The position numbers and the translations under genes are program-made. A DNA stretch of 64,000 nucleotides from an uncultured delta proteobacterium (lineage in GTDB: Bacteria > Desulfobacterota > Desulfobacteria > Desulfobacterales > Desulfosalsimonadaceae): the NCBI GenBank assembly GCA_963826785.1, contig CAWGYD010000006.1, positions 736,001 through 800,000 of the forward strand. Reading direction: 5' to 3'. The notes below the pieces were generated by a model that worked only from the letters and a program-made list of their open reading frames with translations, made no database searches and was not told the origin of the DNA. Positions 39,475 through 48,581 of the stretch are shown here, one piece after another. Each line of letters starts with the position of its first letter. Position 1 is the stretch's first letter.

Positions 39475-40651
39475 CACAAAGGTTTTCCCAGAGGATCGAA
39501 TACCCCTGACCCCGCCCCACGCACATGGTGGTGATGCCGTATCTGGCATCGGGATGGTCCTTGAAGTGGCCGGCCATGAACGCGGTCAGCCGGGGGCCGG
39601 AAGCGGCCAGGGGATGACCGTAGGCCAGTGCCCCGCCATAGGGGTTGACCCGCGGGTCATTGATATCCACCCCCAGGCGGTCTAAGGAGTATAGCACCTG
39701 CACGGCAAAAGCCTCGTTGATTTCAATGAAATCGATGTCATCCATGGTCAGGCCGGTCCGCTTGAGCAGTTTCTGGGTGGCCGGCACCGGGGCGATGCCC
39801 ATGATGGTGGGATCCACCCCGGCCACGGCAGACGCCACAAAGCGCATGGCCGGCTTTAATCCCAGTTCATCGGCCATCTCCCGGCTCATCATCAGGGTGG
39901 CGGCGGCCCCGTCGTTCAGGCCCGAAGCGTTTCCCGCGGTCACCCGGCCGTTTTCACGAAAGGCGGGCTTGAGGCCGGCCAGGGCTTCCATGCTGGTATT
40001 GGGCCGGGGTTGCTGGTCCTTATCTGCGGTGATGGGGGTGCCATCGGCCAGGGTCGTCTCAATGGGGATGATCATATCCTTCATCTTGCCGGATTTGATG
40101 GCGGCATCTGCCTTTTTCTGGGAAGCTACCGCATAAGCGTCGGCCGCCTCCTTTGTGAATTCCGGAAACCGGTCGTGGATGTTTTCGGCGGTAAGTCCCA
40201 TGACCAGGGCCGATTCATCCCCCAGGACCTGGGCTGCCCGGGGGTGGTGGTCCCGCATGAACCCCATGGGCACATGGCCCAGATGCTCCACCCCGCCGGC
40301 AATGAGGCAGTCGGCCATCGCCCCGGCGATGGTGGTGGCGGCAAAACCGATGGCGGTCAGGCCCGAAGCGCACATCCGGTCGATGGAGCATCCCGGTATT
40401 TCCCACCCCCAGTCGGCCAGCATGGTGACCATCCGCCCCAGGGTGGAGGCCTGCTCCTTTACCTGGTTGGTCACCCCCCAGATGCTGTCTTCGACCATAT
40501 TCGGGGAGACGGCCGGATTGCGGCGGATCAGGGCTTTGAGCAGGGCCACGGCCAGATCCTCGGCCCGGGTGTTATAGAATATCCCTTTTTCGCCGGCCCG
40601 GCCGAAGGCGGTGCGCACGGCATCGATGAGAACGACTTCTTTGATTTCCAT
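39467..40651 (-). CDS. Acetyl-CoA C-acyltransferase (thiolase)
   Basis: DRMCASGL, NEAFA, GHPLAASG and MCVGRGQG motifs. Confidence 0.95.
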   Translation of the reverse strand: MEIKEVVLIDAVRTAFGRAGEKGIFYNTRAEDLAVALLKALIRRNPAVSPNMVEDSIWGVTNQVKEQASTLGRMVTMLADWGWEIPGCSIDRMCASGLTAIGFAATTIAGAMADCLIAGGVEHLGHVPMGFMRDHHPRAAQVLGDESALVMGLTAENIHDRFPEFTKEAADAYAVASQKKADAAIKSGKMKDMIIPIETTLADGTPITADKDQQPRPNTSMEALAGLKPAFRENGRVTAGNASGLNDGAAATLMMSREMADELGLKPAMRFVASAVAGVDPTIMGIAPVPATQKLLKRTGLTMDDIDFIEINEAFAVQVLYSLDRLGVDINDPRVNPYGGALAYGHPLAASGPRLTAFMAGHFKDHPDARYGITTMCVGRGQGYSILWENLCGA

Positions 40652-40670
40652 GGGTATTCCTTCCTTTCGT

Positions 40671-42452
40671 TTAAAACGCGCCTGCGGGCATGTCGACGAT
40701 CTCCCGGCCAGGCAGGGTCAGGGTCTGAATGCGGGCCCGGGTCTGGGGTAGCGTCACATCGGCAAACCAGGCAGCCTGGAGGCTTTTGCCGGTGTAAAAA
40801 TCGCTTGTTTTGCCTTGTGCCGCTTTATGGGCGATGATCCCCAGATCGAGCAGCCGCCAGGCCATGATGATGTCGCCGAAGCACTGCAGGGCCGGGTAGG
40901 TGACCGAGGCCCATTGCAGGGGATCGGTCTTCCGGCGGGCGGTCAGTTCGGCTGAAGCGAGATACAGGAGCTCTGCCGTATCTTCAAGGTTTCTGATGTT
41001 TCCGGAAAAAACCGGATGGTCCCGGTGGGATCGGCAGAACCCGGAAAACTCCTGCTTGAATGCGGTAAAGGGGGCACCGCCGTTAATTTCCATTTTCCGC
41101 CCCATCAGGTCGATGGCCTGGATCCCGTTGGTCCCTTCGTAGAGCGACAGAATTTTGACATCCCGCAGGTACTGCTCCAGGGGAAAATCCCTGCAATAGC
41201 CGTATCCGCCCAGGCACTGGATGGCCGTTTCGCAGACCCGAAATCCCGTTTCCGAGCAGTAGGCCTTTACAATCGGCGTCATGAAATCGATCAAATGCTG
41301 ATAATGAGATTTTTCTTCCCCGTCGTCCAGTTCGTGGGCCAGGTCCGACCAGTAGGCGGCGGTGTAGCACATGGAGCGCATGCCATCCACGGCCGCTTTC
41401 ATCGACAGCAGCATCCGCCGGATATCCGGGTGGTCGATGATGGGAACGCTGCCCTGCTTGCGGCCGGCCAGGTCTCTTCCCTGCAGCCGTTCTTTGGCGT
41501 ACGCCAGGGCATTTAAATAGGCGGTGGAAGCCATGGCCATGCCGGAAACTCCCGTGTTGATGCGGGCGGAGTTCATCATCTGAAACATGTGGGAAAGCCC
41601 CTGGTTTTCCCTGCCGCACAGGTACCCGATGCAGCCGTCTTTGGCGCCGAACTCCAGCTGGCAGGTGGGCGAAGCGTGCAAGCCCAGCTTGTGTTCGATT
41701 CCCCGGCAGACCACGTCGTTTAATTCACCCGCGGACCCGTCCGGGTTGACCCTGTACTTGGGGACAATAAACAGCGATATGCCCCTGACCCCTTCGGGCG
41801 CTCCTTCGATACGGGCCAGCAGCAGGTGCACGATGTTATCGGTCAGGTCGTGGTCCCCCCAGGAGATGAAGGTTTTAATGCCCTTGATCTTGAAGCCCTC
41901 CCCGTCTCTGAATGCGGTGGTTTTGATGTCGGCCAGGTTGGACCCTGCTTCGGGTTCGGTGAGACACATGGTGCCGGTCCAGTCGCCGCCGTAGCATCTG
42001 GGCACAAACCGTTTTTTGAGAGTTTCTTCGGCAAAGGTTTCGATCAGGTGGGCCGCACCGTGGGTGAGGCTCGGGGCCATGTTGAACGACTGGCAGGCCC
42101 CGTACATGATGTCATTTACCACGATGCGCATCATGTTGGGGAATCCCTGGCCGCCGTAAGTGGTGTCCCGGGCGATGGCCACCCAGCCGTCTTCGCCGAC
42201 CCGGCGGTAGGCGCGCCTGAATTCCTCGGGGCAGGATACCTTTCCGTTTTCAAAGGTGACCCCGGCGGCTTCCCCGATTTCCTGCAGCGGGTCCACCACT
42301 CCCCGGGCAAAGGTGACAGCTTCGGTAACCAGCAGGTCCAGGGCTTTTTCCGAAAGATCCGCATAACGGGGCAGGCTGCACAGCGAGCCGTAGTGGAGCT
42401 GGTCCTTTAAGATAAAAAACAGGTCCTTGGGATTAATCTTAAAATTTGTCAT
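40671..42452 (-). CDS. Acyl-CoA dehydrogenase (about 600-aa class)
   Basis: GTMCLTEPEAGS, EHKLGLHASPT and YEGTNGIQA motifs. Confidence 0.92.
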   Translation of the reverse strand: MTNFKINPKDLFFILKDQLHYGSLCSLPRYADLSEKALDLLVTEAVTFARGVVDPLQEIGEAAGVTFENGKVSCPEEFRRAYRRVGEDGWVAIARDTTYGGQGFPNMMRIVVNDIMYGACQSFNMAPSLTHGAAHLIETFAEETLKKRFVPRCYGGDWTGTMCLTEPEAGSNLADIKTTAFRDGEGFKIKGIKTFISWGDHDLTDNIVHLLLARIEGAPEGVRGISLFIVPKYRVNPDGSAGELNDVVCRGIEHKLGLHASPTCQLEFGAKDGCIGYLCGRENQGLSHMFQMMNSARINTGVSGMAMASTAYLNALAYAKERLQGRDLAGRKQGSVPIIDHPDIRRMLLSMKAAVDGMRSMCYTAAYWSDLAHELDDGEEKSHYQHLIDFMTPIVKAYCSETGFRVCETAIQCLGGYGYCRDFPLEQYLRDVKILSLYEGTNGIQAIDLMGRKMEINGGAPFTAFKQEFSGFCRSHRDHPVFSGNIRNLEDTAELLYLASAELTARRKTDPLQWASVTYPALQCFGDIIMAWRLLDLGIIAHKAAQGKTSDFYTGKSLQAAWFADVTLPQTRARIQTLTLPGREIVDMPAGAF

Positions 42453-42521
42453 GTGTTCGCCTTTTTTCATTCACAATTGCCAATGGTGAATCGCCAATCG
42501 TTTGAAAAGCAGTCGTTGGAA

Positions 42522-43391
42522 TCATTTTTTCTTTTCTTCCAGGGTGTAATCATACCATCCCCTGCCGGTTTTTTTCCCCAGGTGGCCGGCCTTGACCTTC
42601 CGCCGCAGCAGAAGCGGCGGGTACCATCGAGGATCGCCGGTTTCGTGGAACATGGCCATCAGCGCCCCATAGGTGACATCGAGGCCCACCATGTCCCCTG
42701 TTTCAAAAATTCCCATGCGCCGTCCCGAAGCGAGTTTGAGCCCCTTGTCGATATCCTCGATGGTGGCCACCCCTTCTTCCACCAGACGCATGGCCTCCAT
42801 GGTGGAAGGCATGTTGATCCGGTTGATCACAAATCCGGCCACGTCCCGGTTGACCATGATCGGCTCTTTGCCCAGTTTCAGGACGAATTCCCGCCCCGTC
42901 TGCTGTGTTTCCCTGGAAGTGAGCATCCCCTTGATCACCTCCACTGCCATCATCATGGGCACCGGGGAGAAGAAATGAAGCCCCAGCACGTTCTCCGGGC
43001 GCCTCGTGACCGCGGCCAACTCGGTGATGGGAATGGCCGAGGTGTTGCTGGCCAGGATCGCTTCCGGGGAGCAGACCTCATCGAGCTGCTTGAAAATCCT
43101 GGTTTTGAGCTCAAGATTCTCGTTGACCGCCTCGATCACCAGGTCGGCCGAGGAGGCATCATTTAGGTCCGTCATGGCCGATATCCGGTTCATGATGGTC
43201 TCTTTGCCCTCCAGCAGCTTTCCTTTTTCCACCAGCTTGCCCACCGACCAGCCGATATTCTTCATGGCGTTGTCGTGGACTTCGGTGGAGACATCGTGCA
43301 GAAATACGGAAAATCCGGCCTGGGCGCACACCTGGGCGATGCCGCTCCCCATCAGCCCGGCGCCGACGACAAATACGGTGTTGATTTTCAT
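42522..43391 (-). CDS. 3-hydroxyacyl-CoA dehydrogenase
   Basis: GAGLMGSGIA, ASNTS, GLHFFSP and GKKTGRG motifs. Confidence 0.93.
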   Translation of the reverse strand: MKINTVFVVGAGLMGSGIAQVCAQAGFSVFLHDVSTEVHDNAMKNIGWSVGKLVEKGKLLEGKETIMNRISAMTDLNDASSADLVIEAVNENLELKTRIFKQLDEVCSPEAILASNTSAIPITELAAVTRRPENVLGLHFFSPVPMMMAVEVIKGMLTSRETQQTGREFVLKLGKEPIMVNRDVAGFVINRINMPSTMEAMRLVEEGVATIEDIDKGLKLASGRRMGIFETGDMVGLDVTYGALMAMFHETGDPRWYPPLLLRRKVKAGHLGKKTGRGWYDYTLEEKKK

Positions 43392-43452
43392 GATATCCTC
43401 CTATGAATGGTTTATCTACAAAGCAGGTTCTTCAATATCCGGGATTACGGCG

Positions 43453-43723
43453 GACGAGCCCGCGGGGAGAAATCTGTTCGCTCAGCGATCTTTTTGCCGG
43501 CCAGGCAGCCGGTCAGTTGACATGATCAAGAAAATTGATCAACGAATCCCGGTCTCTGCATTTTAGGCAAAAATCTCGAATTCGCTCCCAGACTCCTCCC
43601 CACGGGCTCGTCAGGGTGCGCCTGTAAATGCCCGCAAGCTGTATTTTCGAAACTGCTAATCTTTTACATTCCGATTAATTCAGGCGCATTGCGTTCTGGA
43701 CCCCAGCCTTCGCGGGGGTGACG
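43453..43723. repeat. Stack of hairpins ending in a CGTCA-type REP-like palindrome
   Basis: Arms at 43453-43469 and 43596-43612; arms at 43617-43624 and 43681-43688; CTGGACCCCAGCCTTCGCGGGGGTGACG at 43696-43723. Confidence 0.65.
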
Positions 43724-43782
43724 GTCAAATCAAGCGACACTGGGATTGCCCGAATAAACAATATTAGAATTGCATGGCCCGA

Positions 43783-43965
43783 GACCTGTCTGTGGGTTTC
43801 TCCCGGCGAACATTGCTTCATTATTTTGCGAATGCTTCATGGCGAAACGGAGCGGCCGCATCCTGGACTGTCTGAGCCGGCAGGCGAGTTTCCAGGATGC
43901 AGCGAAGTGAGCCATAGAAGCATCAAAATAATGAACAGTGAGCGGGAGATACCCGCAGGCTGGTC
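43783..43965. repeat. Long-hairpin element, copy 2 (reverse orientation to 35061-35247)
   Basis: Shares CTGTGGGTTTCTCCCG, TTCATTATTTTG, GCATCCTGGA and the central AACTCGCCTG.CGGCTCA.ACA. Confidence 0.85.
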
Positions 43966-44089
43966 GCCTCGATTCCACAAAATCCCATGTCCTCGCTCCC
44001 CCATAAACTTCATGGTTTTTTTCATGCCGGTACTCGTGAAATATGACATCAAGATCCTGCTGACAAACATCGTGAAGCAAAAGCAAATG

Positions 44090-44884
44090 CTATTTGCGAA
44101 ATTTATTGAAATCCGGCTTGCGCTTTTCCATGAAGGCATTTTTGCCTTCCAGGGACTCTTCGGTGTTGTAGTACATGGAAAGTCCCCCCACCCCCAGGTG
44201 GGTGATGCCCACCACGCCGTCGGTTTCCGCGTGAAAGGCGTATTTGAGCATCTTTAATGCCGTGGGACTTTTGGCCAGGAGTTCTTCGCACCACTTGTCC
44301 ACCTCCGCATCCAGCTGGTCGGGCGGCACCACCGCGTTGACCAGGCCCATGTCATAGGCCTGCTGCGCGGTGTATTGCCGGCACAAGAACCAGATCTCCT
44401 TGGCCCGCTTCAGCCCCACGGCCCGGGCCAGGTCGCCGGTGCCGAAACCCGGGTCGAAGCTTCCCACCCTGGGGCCGGCCTGGCCGAATTTAGCCGTCTC
44501 GGAGGCGATGGAAAAATCACACACCACATGAAAGACATGCCCCCCGCCGATGGCATATCCGTTGACTCGGGCGATCACCGGCTTGGGGATGGTGCGGATC
44601 AGGGTGCTCACTTGCTGCCAACCCACCTCCAGGGGAAGCGCCGCCACGGTTCCCGCGTATCCGCCTGCCGCCCGGATGGACTGGTCCCCGCCGGTGCAGA
44701 AGGCTTTTTCCCCGGCTCCCGTCAGGACGACCACGCCTGTGCCGGCATCCACCCAGGCATCGGTCAGGGCCTGGGTGAGTTCATAGATGGTGGTGCTGGT
44801 GCAGGCATTGTACTTTTCGGGCCGGTTGATGGTGATCTTCGCCACCCCGTCTTTTTTTTCGTACAGGATCTCGGTAAATTCCAT
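44090..44884 (-). CDS. Crotonase-fold ring hydrolase, BadI/MenB family (2-ketocyclohexanecarboxyl-CoA hydrolase-like)
   Basis: AFCTGGDQS, GYAIGGG and GPRVGSFDPGFGT motifs; beta-oxidation context with no men genes nearby. Confidence 0.75.
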   Translation of the reverse strand: MEFTEILYEKKDGVAKITINRPEKYNACTSTTIYELTQALTDAWVDAGTGVVVLTGAGEKAFCTGGDQSIRAAGGYAGTVAALPLEVGWQQVSTLIRTIPKPVIARVNGYAIGGGHVFHVVCDFSIASETAKFGQAGPRVGSFDPGFGTGDLARAVGLKRAKEIWFLCRQYTAQQAYDMGLVNAVVPPDQLDAEVDKWCEELLAKSPTALKMLKYAFHAETDGVVGITHLGVGGLSMYYNTEESLEGKNAFMEKRKPDFNKFRK

Positions 44885-44955
44885 GATGATGCCTCCCTGT
44901 ATAGAATAAGTTTACATCTTAATAACTTCTCGCTTTTCATCGATTCCGACTTCTC

Positions 44956-44981
44956 CGTGCACGTGCACGTTCACGTTCACG
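44956..44981. repeat. Hexamer tandem repeat (CGTGCA/CGTTCA) x4
   Basis: cgtgcacgtgcacgttcacgttcacg in an intergenic gap. Confidence 0.6.
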
Positions 44982-45008
44982 AAAAAAGTGGAATTTCTGG
45001 AAAGCGAT

Positions 45009-46151
45009 TCATAGATTCATACTGCGTGCGATCAGCTCCTTCATCAGCTCGTTGGCGCCGCCGTAGATGCGCTGCACCCGGGCATCCACGAAGTATCTGG
45101 AGATGGGATATTCGGTCATGTAGCCGTAGCCGCCGAAAAACTGGAGGCATTTGTCTGCAGTCTCAAACTGAAGATCGGTCATCCAGTACTTGGCCATGGA
45201 AACCTCTTTGACCAGGTGTTCGCCCGCCATGTGCCGGGGAATGAGATCGTCTAAAAATGATCGGGCCAGCTGGATTTGAGTGGCCAGTTCCGCCAGGGTG
45301 AACCGGGTGTTCTGGAAATCGCTTATGGATTTTCCAAAGATTTTGCGGTTCTTGACGTAATCGATGGTGATGTCCAGTGCGCCGGCGGCCGCCGCGCAGG
45401 CGCCGATGGCCAGCACCAGGCGTTCCTGCTGGAGATTGTGCATCAGGTATTTGAACCCTTCGCCCTCCTTTCCCAGCAGATTTTCCGCGGGCACCCGGCA
45501 GTCGTCAAAGAAGATCTCCGAGGTGTCCTGGGCGTGCATGCCGATCTTTTCCAGGTTGGTGCCCCGGCGATACCCCCTGGAATCCGCCTCGATCACCAGC
45601 AGGCTGATGCCGTCGTGGGGCCTATGGGTGTCCGCGGTCCGCACGGCAGTCACGCACAGGTCCGCCAGCTGGCCGTTTGAGATGAAAATCTTGGACCCGT
45701 TCACCACGTAATGGTCCCCGTCTTTTACTGCGGTGGTGGAAAGGCGGGCCAGGTCGGACCCGGCATCGGGTTCGGTCATGGCCACCGCCAGGATGGACTG
45801 GCCGGAAACGCATCCGGGAATCCACTTTTTTTTCTGCGCTTCACTGGCATAGAGTTCGATGTAGGGAAACACGATGTCGTTGTGCAGCGGCCAGAACAGG
45901 CTGGAGACCCCGTGGTAGTACATTTCCTCGGTGATCACCGTGGAGTAGAGGAAATCACCCCCCGGCCCGCCGAAGCGCTCTTCCGCGGTGGGGCACAGCC
46001 ACCCGTTTTTTCCCGCCTCGATCCAGATCTCCCGGGGGGTGATGCCCGCCTTTTCCCACTCGCCGTACGCGGGGATGACTTTTGACTTCAGGTACTGCCG
46101 AAAGGATTTCCGGAACATGTCATGTTCCTTTTCAAATATCCGCCTTTTCAT
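45009..46151 (-). CDS. Acyl-CoA dehydrogenase (LCAD-like)
   Basis: AMTEPDAGSDL, KIGMHAQDTSE, QERL and QRIYGGANE motifs. Confidence 0.93.
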   Translation of the reverse strand: MKRRIFEKEHDMFRKSFRQYLKSKVIPAYGEWEKAGITPREIWIEAGKNGWLCPTAEERFGGPGGDFLYSTVITEEMYYHGVSSLFWPLHNDIVFPYIELYASEAQKKKWIPGCVSGQSILAVAMTEPDAGSDLARLSTTAVKDGDHYVVNGSKIFISNGQLADLCVTAVRTADTHRPHDGISLLVIEADSRGYRRGTNLEKIGMHAQDTSEIFFDDCRVPAENLLGKEGEGFKYLMHNLQQERLVLAIGACAAAAGALDITIDYVKNRKIFGKSISDFQNTRFTLAELATQIQLARSFLDDLIPRHMAGEHLVKEVSMAKYWMTDLQFETADKCLQFFGGYGYMTEYPISRYFVDARVQRIYGGANELMKELIARSMNL

Positions 46152-46178
46152 TGAGCCTCCTGGTAGGGTTATTCAGAT

Positions 46179-46793
46179 TCATGGAACCTGGCAAAGCAGG
46201 TGCTGCTCGACGAACCGCTCCAGTTCCCGGGTGTGGTTCTGGATGATTTCAGTGAATATATCCGGCGCCAGAAGCCGCTTCATGGTGGGTAGAGAGATCA
46301 CCAGATACCGGTGTGCGCCCAGCAGCTGAAGGATAAACACTTCCGGGTGAAACGGCTTGAAAATTGATTTCTGCTGACCGGAGCGGACGATGCCGGTGAG
46401 TTCTGTGAAATAATCGCCGAAAAACCATTTTCGGGCTTTTTCGATCCGGCGGGGGTTGTCCAGCAGTTCCCTGAGCAGGATCTGATCCCGGTTGGGTTTA
46501 TCTATGGAACTCTGGGCGAGAAGATGCAGAAACTGTTTCAGCTGCACTTTTTCATCCGGATAGCGCGCACGGATGGACTGCACTTCCCGGGTCATTTCAT
46601 CGGCAAGTCTTTTCAGCACCGCGCCATAAAGCTTTTCCTTAGAAGGATAATGATGCAGCAGGGTTGATTTGGCCACCGGCAGGCGCTCGGCCACCAGCCG
46701 GATGCTGGCGCCGTAAAATCCTTTTTCCGCAAATACCGATTCGGCGATTTCAAGCAGCCGCTGCGCGGTATCCGATTCATGCCCTTTATTCAT
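46179..46793 (-). CDS. TetR/AcrR family transcriptional regulator
   Basis: N-terminal HTH 'FAEKGFYGASIRLVAE..VAKSTLLHHYPSKEKLY'. Confidence 0.92.
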   Translation of the reverse strand: MNKGHESDTAQRLLEIAESVFAEKGFYGASIRLVAERLPVAKSTLLHHYPSKEKLYGAVLKRLADEMTREVQSIRARYPDEKVQLKQFLHLLAQSSIDKPNRDQILLRELLDNPRRIEKARKWFFGDYFTELTGIVRSGQQKSIFKPFHPEVFILQLLGAHRYLVISLPTMKRLLAPDIFTEIIQNHTRELERFVEQHLLCQVP

Positions 46794-46830
46794 ACAAGGA
46801 TTTCCTTTTTACGGGTGCTTGCCTGAAAAC

Positions 46831-46859
46831 AAACTACCGACCGATCGGTAGAGAGTCAA
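46831..46859 (-). promoter_or_regulatory. Sigma-70 promoter with overlapping palindromic operator
   Basis: TTGACT-N17-TAGTTT on the minus strand; inverted repeat CTACCGA-N4-TCGGTAG at 46834-46851. Confidence 0.75.
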
Positions 46860-46973
46860 GGCAAAAAGCAGATTAAAAATCGAATCGTCTGATAATATAT
46901 CGATCTATAAGAACTTTTTTTCTGTTTTTTCTTAAATTTATTTTTGAAAATTTCAGGCGGGATCTATGTTGAT

Positions 46974-48353
46974 TTAAATTCCGAGAAAGAGGCGAATGGT
47001 ATAAAAAAAGATCAGCAATCCGGTAATATCCACGATGGTGGTCAGGGCGGGGCTGGCAATGACGGCAGGATCTTGTTTGAACCCGGACACGATCAGGGGA
47101 AGGAATGCACCGATGATGGTGGCGGAGATCACCTGAAGCGCCAGGGCCGCAGAGACAGACAGGGCAATGGTAATCATGGAAAACCCCTGGGGAAGAACCG
47201 TCTGGCCGTTGAACAGCCAGACGCGTCCAAAGGCAAGGATCCCCAACACCAGGGCGAGGGGAACGGCCACCTGAAATTCCTTGGCCAGCACCCGCAGAAT
47301 ATCCCTGGCGGAAATTTCCTTCAAGGCCAGCGCCCGGATGACCAGGGTGGCGGATTGGCTGCCGGTGTTGCCGCCGGTATCGGCCAGCATGGGGATGAAA
47401 CTGGCCAGGAGAGTGAACTGGAGGATGAGCCCTTCGAAGTTCTGGACGATAAACCCCGATATCAGCCCGAAACCGGCCAGGACAATGATCCACCCGCACC
47501 GCCGTTTGAAATGCTCCAGGGGAGATGTCCGCAGGTAGTCCCCCGCCTCATGGGGGCCGGCAATGGCCATGAGTTTTTCGAGGTCTTCGGTCTGTTCCTG
47601 GGTGATGATATCGATGGCATCATCATAGGTGATGATGCCCACCAGCTGATCCTGGGAATTGACCACCGGAAGCGCAATCAAATCATACTTCTGGAGTTTG
47701 CGGGCCGCGTCTTCCTGGTCATCGGATACCTGTGCCAGGATGACATGGGTGTTCATGATCTGGCCGATCAATTCGGACGGGCCGGCCAGGATCAGGTCCT
47801 TCAAGGATACCAGCCCCACCAGCTTTTTCTCGTGATCGGTCACGTAGGCATAATAAATCGTTTCCTTGTCCGGGGCCACCCGGTGCAAGTGTTCGATGGC
47901 GCTCCTGACGGTAAATTCCGGCGACAGAGCGACATAATCCGATGTCATGGCCGATCCGGCCGTCCCTTCCCGGTAGGCGGCCAGACGCAGGATATCCTCG
48001 CGCTCGGCTTTGGCCAGGGCCGGGATCAGCACTTCCTGGATATGTTCGGGAAGTGCCTTGAACAGGTCGGCCCGGTCATCGGCGGGAAGATCCGTGAACA
48101 GGGTGGAGAGTTCCTGCCGTTTCAGGGAATTGGCGATATTGAGCTGGGTTTCTTCCCGCAGGTGGGAAAAGGTGTCCGCACGGTCTTCCGGAGGCAGGTA
48201 GGTCAGCAGTTCCCAGGCATCCTTGGGGGGAAAGCCGGACAGAATCTCTGCAAGGTCCCGTGCGTGAATGGATGCGCATACGTCCCTAATGGACCGGGCA
48301 TCTTTTCTGGAATAAAGATCTTGAATCTGTGAAGAAACGGGGTTTGCTTCCAT
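46974..48353 (-). CDS. mgtE: Magnesium transporter MgtE
   Basis: DDRADL, CBS pair, DTGGNTGSQS and DPAVIASPALTTIVD motifs. Confidence 0.96.
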   Translation of the reverse strand: MEANPVSSQIQDLYSRKDARSIRDVCASIHARDLAEILSGFPPKDAWELLTYLPPEDRADTFSHLREETQLNIANSLKRQELSTLFTDLPADDRADLFKALPEHIQEVLIPALAKAEREDILRLAAYREGTAGSAMTSDYVALSPEFTVRSAIEHLHRVAPDKETIYYAYVTDHEKKLVGLVSLKDLILAGPSELIGQIMNTHVILAQVSDDQEDAARKLQKYDLIALPVVNSQDQLVGIITYDDAIDIITQEQTEDLEKLMAIAGPHEAGDYLRTSPLEHFKRRCGWIIVLAGFGLISGFIVQNFEGLILQFTLLASFIPMLADTGGNTGSQSATLVIRALALKEISARDILRVLAKEFQVAVPLALVLGILAFGRVWLFNGQTVLPQGFSMITIALSVSAALALQVISATIIGAFLPLIVSGFKQDPAVIASPALTTIVDITGLLIFFYTIRLFLGI

Positions 48354-48410
48354 TGCTCACCTCTACCGCTGCTGTGTCGAACCCGGGCGGAGGCTTGCAA
48401 AGACGGTAAA

Positions 48411-48491
48411 TCAGTCGATGGGCGTCCCCGACCGGCGGGTTGCGGGTATTTTAAAAAATTTGTGCGGACTGTAAGGGTCTGCCTCGTTCAT
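48411..48491 (-). CDS. Candidate mgtE leader peptide (26 aa)
   Basis: GAGG RBS, then MNEADPYSPHKFFKIPATRRSGTPID*, ending 57 nt before the mgtE ATG. Confidence 0.55.
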   Translation of the reverse strand: MNEADPYSPHKFFKIPATRRSGTPID

Positions 48492-48581
48492 TCAGTCGCC
48501 TCAAAAACGATTTTTGGTTTACAGATTGCGTTCAAATGGCCTTCTTGTAAGCTGTTTAAAACAATTTGTCAATTGCGACTT

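Noticed and set aside
43718..44257. ORFs over the hairpin elements (also 34859-35303 and 3030-3420)
   Set aside because: Translations derive from palindromic repeats and resemble each other only through the repeat.
44090..44884. menB (menaquinone synthesis) assignment
   Set aside because: No men genes nearby and the context is BadH-like plus beta-oxidation; gene symbol left blank because the families are close.
48354..48581. M-box (ykoK) riboswitch upstream of mgtE
   Set aside because: No recognisable M-box conserved segments by eye; an Rfam scan is needed to exclude it fully.
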